DNA of 64,000 bases, from positions 11,088,873-11,152,872 of the forward strand of contig MU053881.1 in assembly GCA_013239625.1 (NCBI GenBank), read 5' to 3'. Below, in pieces: positions 41,100 to 54,455 of this stretch. The DNA comes from Lama guanicoe. Lineage: Eukaryota. The position numbers were made by a program, and so were the translations under genes. Below the pieces are notes generated by a model. That model was not told where the DNA came from. It saw only the letters and a list, made by a program, of their open reading frames with translations, and made no database searches. Within the stretch, counting starts at the first letter, position 1. Each line of letters starts with the position of its first letter.

Positions 41100-41910
41100 A
41101 GTTGCTTTTGTTGTTGTTGCCTTATTTCATTGGATAGAATGTGTAACATTGAATAGAACACATGAGAACAGACATCTTTGCCTTCCTTATGATTTTAGAA
41201 GTAAAACATTTAGTTTTCCATTCTTGTGATTTTTAGCTGTAGGTTTTCTTAGAGGCTTTTTTTTTTTTAGGTTGAATAATTTTCCTTCTCTTTCTTGTAT
41301 GCTGAGAATCTTTATCAGTTTTTTACAAGTAAGAATATTTAATTTTTTTCAAATGCTTTCTCTGCATCCACTTAGATGATCACAGAGTTTTTGGGGGTTT
41401 TTTTGTTCATTTTTAGTCACAATCACATGGATTGATTTTCCAGTGTTAAACCAGCTTTGCATCCTGGACTAGATTTGATTTGATCATGATGTATTAGCCT
41501 TTGTATGTTTTGTTAGCAATTATTTTGTTAATTTTGTTTTGATTTTCGCTCATAGGGATAACTTCTCTGTAGCCTTCCTGCAATATTCGCATTTGTGCTT
41601 GGTGTCAGCGTAATTGAGGGCTACAGAATGACTCAGGGAAGATACCTTATTCTTCCATTTTTGGGAAGAGTTTTGATAAAATGTGTTATTTCTTCTTTAA
41701 ATATTTGGAAGAATCCACCAGTGAATCCATCTGGGCCCATAATTTTCTTTTTTTTTTTTTTAATTTGTTTGTTTATCTGTGTGCTCACAGTTTTAAGGTT
41801 TTTAACTAAAACTTCAATACATTTGGGTTGTAGAACTATCCAGGTTATCTATTTCTTCTTGACTGATGATTGGTTGGTTGTGACTTTTAAAGAAGTTAGT
41901 GCTTTATCTA
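41100..41910 (-). mobile_element. L1 ORF2 RT-region fragment (antisense)
   Basis: ttgaatagaacacatgagaacagacatctttgcctt...tcaaatgctttctctgcatc...aaaccagctttgcatcctgg...ccaccagtgaatccatctgggcc. Confidence 0.9.
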
Positions 41911-44900
41911 ATGCTGTCTTTATTATACATAGCAGTTATTCATCAAACTGTCTAGTGCATGCACGGCAGCTTTGCCTCACATCTAGAGTCAATGCTGGCC
42001 TTTCTCCTACCTACACTCTTGGTCATTAAAATTGGATTCTGGGACTAGAAAAGAAAGATATATGATACAGATTTGTTGCTTACCTAAGAGTCTTCCAAAT
42101 ACATTTTAATCTACAATATGGTTGCAGGGTGTCTGTGCACCATGTCTACCATTTTGTCTTCTCTGCCATGGATGAAAGAGGCTTCTTTATCAGAGTGGCT
42201 TCATTTCTGCCACTGTTGGGATACCTGGGGTTTCACTAGTACAAGGCCAGTGTTCATTTGCAATGGTTCACCTTGGCAGGCTTAAGGGACACTGAGACCT
42301 CACAGGCCATTTTAGCAGGACCAAAGACCCAGGATGGGTGACAACCTTTTGTGGCCAGTTCCATTCTAGTGCTTGAATTTTTCAGTTCTTGTTTCACAGG
42401 AAGGACAACTCCTTTGTGCAGGAAGCTTCATTCCAGTTTTCTGCTCTGCACACTGATTGTTTTCTCTGCTCCCGTTTCTGAGGGGGTTAAGAGCCCAGGT
42501 TTTAAATCAGAGACTAACTAATTCTGGCTCGTCTAGCTTCGAACCTAGTTTACTACTAACAGGCTGAGTTTCCTTCTCATTTCTGGCACTTGGAGGTTAC
42601 CGGCGACTGCTTTTTCACTTTGTGAAACGCACATTTCCACATGGAACTCAATACATTGTAAGTGAGTTTCTCATTCGCCTCTCAATTCTTCTGCACTATG
42701 ATGTTTAAAGAAGACAAAAAACGTGTATGTTTCCCATAGCCGCCTCCTTTCCAATAACGGTGACTCTCAGCAGTACATATATCTCTTTAGAACAAATTCA
42801 ACAACAACAAAAAATTCAGAATTTCTGTAAAAACAGTGATTCTCAAATATGGAAAGAAAAACTATTTTTTCTACAATCTACTCAGTGTTGGCAGAATGGA
42901 TAAAAATATCTCCTTAGAGCTATTATCTTGAGAACTTAAGAATTTGAGATCTTATCTTAATTCTGTGTGGGAGGACTGCCTCTGACAAGCTTAATTTTTT
43001 TGCTCCAGATAACTCACCTCTCAACTTGTCAAGTCTCTGATGTGAGATTCAGTGTTAAACAAAGAGTCACATTGAAAGACTTACACAAGTAGGAAAGTTT
43101 AAAGTAAGGTAAGATAGGACTCTCATTAACGAAGAGAAAAAATTCTATAACCTCAGAGATGATTCTGTCTCTTTCATGAAAATAATTTACAAACGGGCTT
43201 TCTCTAATTTAGTCAAGTCTTTGTGACAACCCTGGATAAATATGAAAGGGGGTCAAAGTAATTTTTTTTTCTATCTCAATTCTTCAGACATGCTTTTGAA
43301 AGATTTTAATATTTTTTTCCATTTCAGATTAACATAAGCTGGAATAATAAATGTCCGTTATTTAAACCAATTGAGCCAAAGTGTCTACAATGACACCGTA
43401 TCATACGACAGAGAACATGTGCTTTATGGGGCCTATAAGACAACGTTCACTAGTTGACTAAAGAAGAAGGTCGCTCCAGTTTCTTAATTCCCTCTGGAAA
43501 ATTCATAAGTAGTTCAATAGCCCAGCCTCCAGCTTTAACTGACTGTATCTATTGGTATTCTGTGCTCTGACACTTGACAGACATCGTCTAAGGAGAAATA
43601 TACAATAATACTGTTTGTATGAAAACTGCAGCTGCTTATTGATAGCTGCCCTGTCATGTTTGTGAAGCAGTTTAACACCTAATACATATTGGTCATCAGT
43701 AAAAGTAGTTACTGTTAATATTAATACTATTTACTATTAATACTATATTAATTTTTATTAGTAACGTCCACATCAATCCCCATTCCCATCTTCTGTTGTC
43801 AGGAATTGCTACTTTGCTAGTATCTTCCCCTCTTCCCTCTTGGTGTTATTCTTTTTCCAAATCTGAACAACTTTCTCTTCTCTCCTGCTCTGCAACTCAA
43901 TTCTTATAACCTGAGAGCAAACCAACTGCAGATGTTTAAAACAAAGGTTTTAAAATCTCTAATCTGAAAACTACCATTACTAGTTTAGTGTGCAATAGCA
44001 TACAAGTATTTATAAATTTTGTTCCTTTTACCTTATTTCTTCTTTGTGTATGTATCTCTCTATGATAACGTATGTCTCCAAGATCCATAAGGTCAAATAC
44101 TGGGTGTCAGGTTAGTGTATCTAAGTTGCCAGTGCCCGACTGGGCACAGGCTACAGATGCAGTGAAATGGATGATGTTCATCATGATAACAGTGATAGAA
44201 CTTTCATCTCTTTGGGGAAGTTGGATTTTTTCCAATGCTTAGATGTAATGAATCTATGACATTTAATAATAGGATTAATGAACTAGGTGTTATCAAGGAG
44301 CCCAACCTCAAAAAAACAAGTGATGTATCATAATATATTATCTTCTGAAAACAAAACTCCTTTTAACTCCCTGATCTTCACGCAAGCATGCTTTTCTATA
44401 TATCAAAATAAAAGATGGTGAGTCACTCACTACACACACTCCCACTCTGAAAAGTCTGGAAAGAACATTTTGAAAGATAAAAATGTTCCGAGCTAAGCCT
44501 GTAACAGTAAGTATTGTCTGGCCAGGCTTTCACAAATGTGATTCCTTCTTGTAGTCGAATAACTTACTAAATGCCATTTTCCAAATCTGAGCTGTATTTT
44601 GAGTTTCAGAAACTCAAATGGACATCTGAAACAATAAAACATATTCCATACCTTCTCCCCCCAACGAAATATGATTTCTCAAAAAAAAAAATCACTTTCT
44701 TGCTGAGGTCTTGTCTTGTTATGTCAAGTTTTTGCCAGAAGTCAATTTTTTATTGCCAGGTTATAAACCTCTAAAATAGTAGCTCTATTATGAAAACACT
44801 GACACAACCTTAGCCGTAGTGATGTGAATGGCACCAGCATAATGCACTGAACACAGCACCAGCCATTAGCTCAAATAGCTTGATTTTGCCCCATTGTTGT

Positions 44901-46194
44901 TCACGGTCCCCTATACATTTGCCGTAATGCCTGCGGTGCCTTTCAATGCTACTTAACTACAGGCTGTCCTCCAAGAAACGTCAAGCACAGCCACCTCTGG
45001 TGACATTGCCAGACATGTGCTAGTTAGCACTGGTTTGTCACTGAGCTTTTAACCTGATACACTTTTTTTTTCCCTGTAAAAATACACTCCTTTACCAAAA
45101 GAACACCCCTCCCCCAAGCTCTGCTGTAATGTGAAGCCGCCAGCTTACCTCATTATAGCCTATTGTTTTTAGATGGTTTACTAAATGAAGAAGATGTCTG
45201 AGTCAACCTGCTGTTTACAGAGCAGGGGAAGAACAACGTGTTTTCCCCCTATTTTCTACTTAACCCATTCTTTAATCTTAATTGTGTTAGTGTTTTACTT
45301 GAATGTGTCCTATGATAACACTGTTTATGTAACGATGCGGTGGATTACAGCAGGATCAGACTGAATTATAAAATCTGGAGCCCTCAGTGAGTTATGAATG
45401 TGGCCGGGGGCATCAAGCCATGCAAAACGAGACCTTAAGACTGACTCCCCGAGTCTCCCAACAGATGAGGATGAAATACCTGTCTCTCTTCAAGGGTAGT
45501 AAGAACTTCTCAGGAAACAGGCTGAGAATACGTAGGAAAAAGGATATCACGAGATTCCTGGCTCACAGCACTAGAGCTAAACAAAGACCAGTGCGGCTTA
45601 ATAACATCTATGGTTTTTCTACTTTCTTTTCAAATCCACAGATCTCTGGTCTTTTATATAAAAGACACAGAGATAAATTCTTGCCAAGGACAGACTCAGT
45701 ACTTCGGTTAACGATAAGAGTATTCTTATGGTAATGTTCTTCCAAAGTGATTGGCTAATGGTGAGAATACCGGCAAATTCTAACAAGATCTGTCACTTTT
45801 TTATGCGTGGCTAATAATTTCATGACACTACACCTAAACCTCCAGAATTATTTCTGAGTAAATGTGTGAGCAGCAAGTCTGCATCAAAGGAAGAAAAGAA
45901 CATTATTTTGGCCCCGGCCTTGCAATTATCCTGCTAATATGAGACAGACCGTTGGCAGTTTAGGTGCATCTGCTTAATTTTTGAAAAATCATGAACTGTG
46001 AGGTCAGGCCACGGTAAAGTAGATAATATTATTGTTTTTCTCCACCTCAAGAACAGTTTCATAAAAAAGCTTTAAGTGGTAGAATAAGTTTCCAGTTGAA
46101 ATCCAAATTATAAAAGAAGTCACAGAAACTCTTTTTCCAGTCCCAGATGCACACTCAAGAAATGGGACCACAACGTATGAGTGCACTGAAATTC

Positions 46195-46196
<2 letters not shown>

Positions 46197-46229
<33 letters not shown>
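46197..46229. repeat. (CA)n microsatellite
   Basis: Seen directly in the sequence. Confidence 0.95.
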
Positions 46230-46235
<6 letters not shown>

Positions 46236-46278
46236 CAATACAGAAGCAGTGATGGAACTGCCTAAAACTCTAAGGAAG

Positions 46279-46860
46279 TGTATTTGTTTTTCACCATTGT
46301 CTTAAATAACCATGAATTTAGCGGCTTAAAACAACATCCATTATTATGGTTGTAGCTCAGACGTGTAGACGGCTCAGCAGAGTCTCTCCCTATAGTCTAA
46401 CAGTCAGGGTGTCTGTAGGGTTGTGATCCTTCCTGGAGGCTCCAGGGGAGAATCCATTTCCTTTCTCATTCAGGCTGCTGGTGGCATTCAGCTTCATGCC
46501 GCTGTCGTGCTGAGGTCCCAGGTCTTTGAGGGGTGTCAGCAGAGGGCCTCCAGCATTCTTTGGCTCACAGCCTTCTTTCTTCATCTCCAAAGCCAGTAAC
46601 AGCAGGTTGACACTTCCTCGGTCCACGTTTCTCTGATGCACTCATTTCTCTTTCTCACGCTTCTGACTCCCTCTCATCTTTTACAGGCCCGTGTGATTAC
46701 GTTGGTCCATCTGGGTAATCCAGGACAATCTCCCTATGTTAAGATGCACAACATTTATATCATCTGCAAAGTCCTTTCACCACAGAGGGTTGCACAGGAG
46801 TAATGTGACTGGCGGGAGGCAGGGGTGGGGGGTGTGAGACCACAGAAACCAAAATCCTAT
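46279..46860 (-). mobile_element. MLT1D/E-like MaLR LTR
   Basis: ttagcggcttaaaacaaca...ctggaggctccaggggagaatccatttcc...gtgattacgttggtccatctgggtaatccaggacaatctccct...catctgcaaagtccttt. Confidence 0.9.
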
Positions 46861-49324
46861 GGAGAGGACTGTATTCTTTAAGTCGGCAGCACTTTTTTCA
46901 AAATATTGTCAATTACTCAAAAGGAAAAGTTCTAATTTTCATAAGCTAAGTAAACTAAATTCTATTTTCTGAGTGAGTTTCCGAAGTTTTAGTTTAATCA
47001 GGATTATATTACCCTCAGGTCACTTGGTCCAACAAACCCATTTCTGTTCAACTCTTCTATTCTCCCTACACTATTAAACATGTGCTCTGGAATCACGTAG
47101 GAATATCCATTCTCATCATCTCTGAATAACAAAATCTTAAATCTATTTCAAGTAGACTGTGATGTCACCGTGAGAAAGGTCATGTCTTACTTATTGATTT
47201 CTAGAGACAAAATCAGGATGAAATAATTTCTTTGATCTGCATCCTGCTGAATTCAGAGGATTACACTATAGAATCATTTGTTACTTGAACATCTATATAT
47301 TTTACAACATGTGACTGTAAAATAAGAGAGCTCAATGTGGAATCTAGTTCATCAGCCTATGGCTGTCTCTGTCACATTTCATGGGGCTACCACCTCTCAA
47401 CAAAGAGATCTCCAGGAGAGAGTAAAAGCTACTCAGATACTTCCTTCAGGAACTCACAATAGTACCCCGGCTTGCACAGCACGTCTGCCATGTTCCAAAA
47501 CAAGATCCACCAACGGGAACTGTGTGGGTATGACAGGTAGGCAGTAAAATAGCGACTGCAACAACGTACTCTGAGAAACTCAAGGAGAAAACTCTGAGAC
47601 CAGGATTTTCTATTCATTTCACTGCAGTGATCACATAAATGGGGAAGAGTGGGAAAGTTGTAAACTATGAGACACCATCAACTGAAAGTGAAGATTTGAG
47701 GAAAAGCATTCCAGGATGTTTGGAGGGGAAGACGTGAAAAGAAACACTAAAAAGTCCACTTCGTGTAATCACTTTGGTGGAGGAGGTGGAGGGGCAATGG
47801 GGAACTCCGACCCTTTCATTATGTACATGAGACATTTGGATTAAAACACTGAGGAAACACCTGCAACTTTTAGACGAGGCTATGGTTGTTTTCATTGCTC
47901 CTTTAGAGATATTAAAAAAAGATAATCACATTGAAAGTTTACATTACGTGCAGCAGGCAGTCTGAAAGACATTCTTCCTTGCGAGTTTGGAGGGCACACT
48001 TCCTAAGATGCACTAATATGCCAAGGAAAATCCACAACTTAGATAAATGTGTCTGGTCTTTCCTTAAAACTTAAAAGCATATTTAAACCAATAAATTTCT
48101 TTATCTGTAGTGAGAAACTAATTCTAGTTCAGATTCCTATCCTCTTACTGGATAACCTTCTTGGGACATCTTCTTGTAAAGAATTCTCCCTTTCAAAGAA
48201 TATCTGACTTTAGGACAAAATTTTGTATTTTTACATGACATGAAATAACTATCACTGAGCAGGTTTTATTTGGAGGAGTATATAAAAGCTTTGTTGACAT
48301 TAATGATAATTATGATTCCTCTTTAAAGTTAAGTTTCACAATGAAAATAGATTGAAAGTCTAGTTTTGAAGACCATACTTGAAATAATGAGATATTTTAA
48401 TATAAACTAGGTCTCAAAAGCTACATTTGCTCCCTGGGTATTTTTTAACACCTTCTCAAAGCTGATGTGTTCTGTTCTACTTGTCACTGAAGTTTTATGT
48501 ATAATAAATACTCTTGATAACAGAGGGCAACTATTGGGTTGAAGTTGATACCAACACATTCTTTATCAAGCATGAAAACCTTACCTTGACCTTTATATAA
48601 TTATTCTTATAAAATGAAGAATTAATGCTTTCCAAAACAGTCATACAATGATGTGGGCACTGTATTAGTTTAAGGTTAAAAACTCATGACACTGTGAATG
48701 AGATGCCTATTTTCCAGTATTCATTTGCATGATTAAACGGAAATCTTTGCCTAGTCGAAATCTGGGGGCAAATGGTCATAGTATCTATTCATAGTAACTA
48801 CTTATAATGTCTTGCTTTAAAAATTTTAGTGCATTCAACTGTTAATCAAAAATTCAAAATCACATCATCTCTGCATTACAAAGGACTGCTGTAAAGATAA
48901 TTTAGTCCAACACTTTCTCCATAGCATGGTCTTCCTAAAATTTTGCAGACTCAGTTTGATCCTTCTCACTCCCTGCCAACAATGGGAAAAATCACAAGCT
49001 TTTGGCATTTTTAACCAGTTCCAATTTGCAGAAAAGTATTTTTTTTTCTTTATAATGAGCCAAAATGGGTCCTTTCGCTATTCCTATCTTTTGCTATTGA
49101 AGTTATACAGACAAAGTCTAAAATGTCTTTTTCATAAGAAAACACTTCACAAACTTTAAAGTTCCTTTGCCCCTTGAAGTGATCACTTCTTCTATATAGG
49201 TACCTTAATCATTTTCATTCTTTTGTAAGATTTCTTCGTATTTCTTCTTTGCTCTGGAAGAGGGAGTCAGACAAAGCAGCTGAGATCTCAGTCTACAGAG
49301 TTGGTCATGTCAGGCTGTGAAACT

Positions 49325-49615
49325 GTTTTTTTCTGCCCCCATTAACTCGTCTGCGGATCAAACTGGTTGTTAACCTCTCCGAGCTTTTATTTCTTCTGCC
49401 ACGTCTATGACCTTGAGCAACTTATTCAAACTCTTCGAGCCATTGTTCTATCCCCTACCATCTGTATAACCTTGAGTAATACATTTAGAATTTCTGAACC
49501 TCGATTTTCCTTGTCTATATGTGGAAATAATGGAGTTGCTGTGGAGGATTACCAAAGAAATCTGTGAAAGTACCAAAAAATAATTTCTTTAGAAAGCACT
49601 TAAAAATGTTAGTTG
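49325..49615 (+). mobile_element. MIR SINE with internally repeated core
   Basis: tgaccttgagcaacttatt...tctgaacctcgattttccttgtctat...gttgctgtggaggatta. Confidence 0.7.
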
Positions 49616-49664
49616 AGTGTTTCTGCCCTCCTTTTGACTTCATTGCATTTGTCAATACCTCTGT

Positions 49665-50150
49665 CTTTCTTAGCTTGAGTTTTATTTAAAAAAAAAATCA
49701 ACACCCAAATGAACACTCTGAGGCAAAAATTAAAGTGCTGATAATTTATTTGAAAGATGTAAGCACCAAATGAGGAGGGTCAGGCGTGGAGAAGCATGAG
49801 TTGTGTTACAGTGATGTCTGCTGCTTCCTGATGAGCCGCAAAGAGATACAAAAACTCACGGAGCTAATGTGTTTGTCGTGTGGGGATTCAATGGAAGGTT
49901 CACTGCAGGGCGAACCATTCCTGGAAATGGTACCCAGAGGGAAGAAAAGAAGGAAAATATATTTCCTCAGATACCCTCAGTCTCCTGTCTCTAACTGGCC
50001 TTTCCATCTCCAGGCTGTTTCACTGAGCTCCCCAGTGGCTGCATAAGCTGCCAGATCTCAGGCTTTGTGACAGATTAGCCCAAGTACAGAGGCGTGGGAA
50101 TGACTCTGCACGGGTTATGCCAATTCAGATGGACAAGGAAATCTGAGAAA
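49665..50150 (-). mobile_element. Old ERVL-type LTR fragment
   Basis: tcttagcttgag...actctgaggcaaaaattaaagtgctgataatttatttg resembles an antisense LTR33/16-family 3' end. Confidence 0.45.
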
Positions 50151-50332
50151 CTACTAGTGAAGGATGCATTATAAATGTAATTCTTCTGAGATTACCTAAA
50201 AATAGGCGAAGCATTAGCAGATTAAATCTTGTTTGTTGTTATTTTGCTATTATTGTTATTTCTATTAATTAGGCTAGCAATCACAGAACAGGTTCAAATT
50301 GTTGACTTTTCTACATACATGTAAATAAACCA

Positions 50333-50383
50333 TTATTATCATTATTGTTACTATCATATTATTATTATTATTATTATTACTAT
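50333..50383. repeat. Imperfect (ATT)n repeat
   Basis: Seen directly in the sequence. Confidence 0.85.
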
Positions 50384-51369
50384 TTTAACATTGCTACCAT
50401 ATGATGTCACCTCTCTCATTGAAATTCATGGCCTTACTAAAGGAGGCTTTCCAAGATATGTCCTAGATTTATTTTTCCATATTGAACATTGATTTAAAAT
50501 CTCTTCACTCTAATCAACTTGAACTATCCATTCCTATTAAGCTTTCTCTTCTATGTTAATTTTATTAATTATATTGCAGAATACACTCTCCAAAAATGTA
50601 TACATACCTATGTCCAAACCCTTCCTTAAGAATCTATTTCAATGCCATCTTCTCTATGATGTTGTGCCATATCCCCAGATGAAAACTCTCTCCTCCACGA
50701 AGCCCTCATACCCCTGACCACTCTCTCCCATGTTCCCGTAATAGATACATGAGCCTGATTTCCTGTTTCACTATCAATTCCTTGAGGGTTACATTCACTC
50801 AGTGCTAATTTATTTAGTGTAGGTATTAAGTCAGCTGCCATGACATTGACATAGGGTTTATTTCTGTTCTCATCACTGAACAAAACACTCGTTAAGTATA
50901 CACTAAACACCATTGAATGGAATTAGTAATCTGGTACTTAGAGTGCTGTTTCTATTTCTTAAGAATGTATTTTTAACCCAGAGGCTAGTTCCTTCATCTT
51001 CGGGAACACTAACAAAACTTTGATTTTACAGTGGGATGAAGTTCAAGGCCTTTCACACCAGATCAATTAATTGAAGATGTGAGTAGGAGTGAGGTTAGAC
51101 TCTCCTCTAGGCCCCTATGTCTTTACGTGACACCGAATAGTCACCTTTCTTTTGTCCTGTATGCAAAACTGGGCCGTTTCACAAGAAATGTTGACAAGAA
51201 AGATTCTGCAGTCGGTAGGGCAGTCTGGATTAAAGCTCTAGAGCTGTGGAAGGTATCATCAGAGAGTCTCCTTCCACTCCACTGACTCCCTGCCCTTCTC
51301 CTCTTCACATATCCGCCCCTCATCTCATCCTTCCAGGCAGCTCTGGGAGCTCCACTTTCCCTCCCTATC

Positions 51370-51656
51370 AGCCCTTATCCAATAAGATTATAATGTAATC
51401 CATATGTGGAATTTTAAATTTGCTAATAGCAATGTTAAAGTTTGAAAAGGGGGTGAAAATAATTTTAATAATACATTAAAATATTATTTCAACGCAAATC
51501 AACATAAACTTTTAATAAAATCTTATACATTTTTTACACTAAGTCTTCAAAACCCTCTATATGTTTAACACTTAAGGTTCATCTCAATTTGCATTAGGCA
51601 CAGTTCAAGTGTTCAGTACCATGTGTGACTAGTGATTACTGTATTGGATAGCCTGA
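51370..51656 (+). mobile_element. MER33 hAT-Charlie element
   Basis: tccaataagattataatg...actaagtcttcaaaac...catctcaattt...ttcaagtgttcagtaccatgtgtgactagtgattactgtattggatagc. Confidence 0.85.
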
Positions 51657-51999
51657 CACTATATGATGCAAATCAATTTCTCTTTCCCAAGGACCTACCT
51701 CCAAAATTTTATACCCAAACTTCTTGAATGGTTTTTCTCTTGTGCATGCATTTTCTTTTCAATTATATATGAGTTATCTGAAGGTAAGCCTGTATCTTTA
51801 TGTGCTTATTCATTTATTAATACCATGCATAATTCAGTGTTTAATGCACAATTATCACTTGACTAATACCAGATGCTAGTCTTATTTACCACACCCCTTG
51901 TTAATTCCCTGCTCTTTTCATTGGATTCTCTAAACTTCCTTTAGATCTACTGTGCCTAACATCTGATCTGTCGTGACTGTTACGGGACACAGTTCAGGT

Positions 52000-52220
52000 T
52001 AACAGAAATAACATAGATATACATGTGTTCAAGCCTTAGATCCACCCATGTTCATCTACATGGTATCTACATGGTTTGAAGTGGTAACTTAACCTCATTA
52101 TACTCTATTTCTTAATCTGTAAAATGAAGACAAACATAAATTTTCCACCACAGAAGGATTTTGGAGGCACTATTCCAAAATGTATGTCAAAGCATTCTCT
52201 AAGTTGTAAAGCACAAAAAC
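52000..52220 (+). mobile_element. MIR fragment
   Basis: aacttaacctcattatactctatttcttaatctgtaaaatgaag...tgtatgtcaaagcattctctaagttgtaaagcac. Confidence 0.65.
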
Positions 52221-54182
52221 AATGCAAAGAATATGTGGTTATGGTATTTCCATTTTGCTCTCAATAAGCTCATTTTTTGGCCTTTGATTAAAGTAGAACA
52301 TTGTGCCAGGGGTTCACAATGGCTTTTAAAATCCCCTCATAGCTCATAATTTATAGTTCTGAGTCCAGTAACTTATAAAACCACTTGGGATTAATTTTTC
52401 CTAAGTATATTAATTTACTTGTCTACACTGAAGCTTTATTTTTCCATGTCTTACAGACTGGTAGATTTCTGAAGCTAGCTAAATACCTTTATAGTGTTAC
52501 TAAGCATTTTAATCCTGGGTAGAAAGAAGCAAAGGGATTTTTTTTTTAAAAAAAGAGAAAAGCACAATAAACGTACTTTTGAGTAATTGGATTTATTACA
52601 ACTACAGGAATAAGCTTTGCCAAGATTAACACCCACTGCAAATCAATATTGTCAGAGTTCTGAATTCACTTTAATAATTTGGTAAATTGATTAGCATTGC
52701 TTTGGCAAAACTACAATATTTTTAAAGACCCCAAGGCAAGGAAAAATAAGGGTTTGATTTTTTTTTTTTAAGACAAAGAAAGCTTCTCTATTTTTTCAGG
52801 TGTACAAGTAACAGAAACAGGTTTTCATCTAAACACTACAGGATTTACATGTTTTATGTTTCTTTTTAAACACAAAAATACCAAGAGCCATTTGGCAAAT
52901 CTGAAATATGGATTCAAACACACACACACTAAATTCCACTTAATGAACACCCTTTGAACGGCACACCTGCTCAATTAGAAAGCACCAGCAAAACAGGTCA
53001 GGGCAACACATTTCACTGCGTTCATACAATGGGTGAGCTGCTTAACCAACTCCAATAGTGTTTGCTGCAGTCTAATCATGGTCTTTGCCAGGTATGAACA
53101 CGCTCTGGCTCTTGAGTAAAATTTCCCACCATGAGGCTTTTTACACCTTTTACACAATTACCTGGATTATCAGTACTATTAAAGATTTGATCTCAACTTA
53201 CTGTATTTCAAAAATTAGGTTGATGCTCTTGAGAATGATCATTTTTCTAACCCATTCTGAAATACCAACGCCATCCAGAACAGTGCATTTCTGCCATTAG
53301 CAGTCCTTCAATTTTGAGCTTTGTTGTTGCTCATGATCTCTGTCATATAAGAGCTTTTTTTACACCTGCATAAATGCCTAGCTATTTTTCCCTCCTGCCA
53401 ATTTCGTCGGAAGACCTAGCTTTCATCATCATTCCTTAGTTCCATTTTTGGATATGATCTAGGTGCAAATTGGTCATAGACTGTTTCTTTTGACTTTTTT
53501 TTTGGCATACTGACAGAAGAAAAATCACAAAGTTAGAACTATCAAGGTGGTAGAAAATTTAAAAAATATATAGGTAAAAAGAGAAACTAACAAGACCCAC
53601 AGCCTTTGACTTTTCTTTGGTAATAGGACAATATGGCACTTCAACCTATGGCATTAGGGTCCTAAAGCCAAACTAGCAGTCAATAAATATCATGAACCAC
53701 AACCAACCTGGATCTGATTACTCAGTGGTTATGGGGCTGAAACCCAAAGCCTCTAAAAAGAATCCTAAGCTTGTGACATTTACAAAGCTGTTTCTAAAGA
53801 CAAAACAGGTATGAAAGGTCATGACAGACTAAGGCTTTGGGGGGCAGGAGGAGGGAGCTACTCATCCACCGGAAGATTAAAGGATTCAAAGTTTTAGAGA
53901 ACAAAGTTCGTAATTTTTCTGTATACAGGAGGAGATGCTGTTAGGGATGCATACATCTGCCATGTAGCTTAAGTCTGAAAATAAAATGAAGTGAATAGGG
54001 AATAACTGCATTCACTTGAATTCATTCTATCAGGTCCCTTTTCCTTCATGCGTCCTATGAATCACATGATGAAAGCACATGCAGAAAAAATAGAGACAGA
54101 GACAAAGTGAGAGCGTAGAGCCCACAGAGTTTGATAATTTGGATCGTATATTATCATCTAGAAACTTTTGCAGATAACTCCA

Positions 54183-54455
54183 TGTAGTGGATTTTATTGG
54201 CCTTCCTTGGTGGCATCCAACTCCCTGTCCTTTCCGGTAGCTACTGATTATCTTTAGAAAACCATGTGATCCAAAGAAGCTGTCTTGGGATGAGATCACT
54301 AACAGAGATCAAACCAGTATGCATCGCTGAAGCCCGTTCCACACCTATTCTTTTCATCTATCGCGCTAAAAAATTCCCACCGTTCTGTCCTGTGTAAATT
54401 GGTCTGCGTCATGTTTCTGGTTACCTCCTGCAAACAAATGAATCCTAACTGATCT
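54183..54455 (+). mobile_element. Old MLT1 LTR fragment
   Basis: Starts tgtagtggattttattggcc and ends tttctggttacctcctgcaaacaaatgaatcctaactgat. Confidence 0.55.

Noticed and set aside
41595..42029. Longest ORF (144 aa)
   Set aside because: It is mostly an antisense read of a decayed L1 fragment and includes a poly-T run.
44989..45004. CTCF-like motif gccacctctggtgac
   Set aside because: It mismatches several core consensus positions.
53202..53365. Normal-sized minus-strand exon candidate ending in gtaagt
   Set aside because: Stop codons occur in all three frames, so at most it is a non-coding exon.
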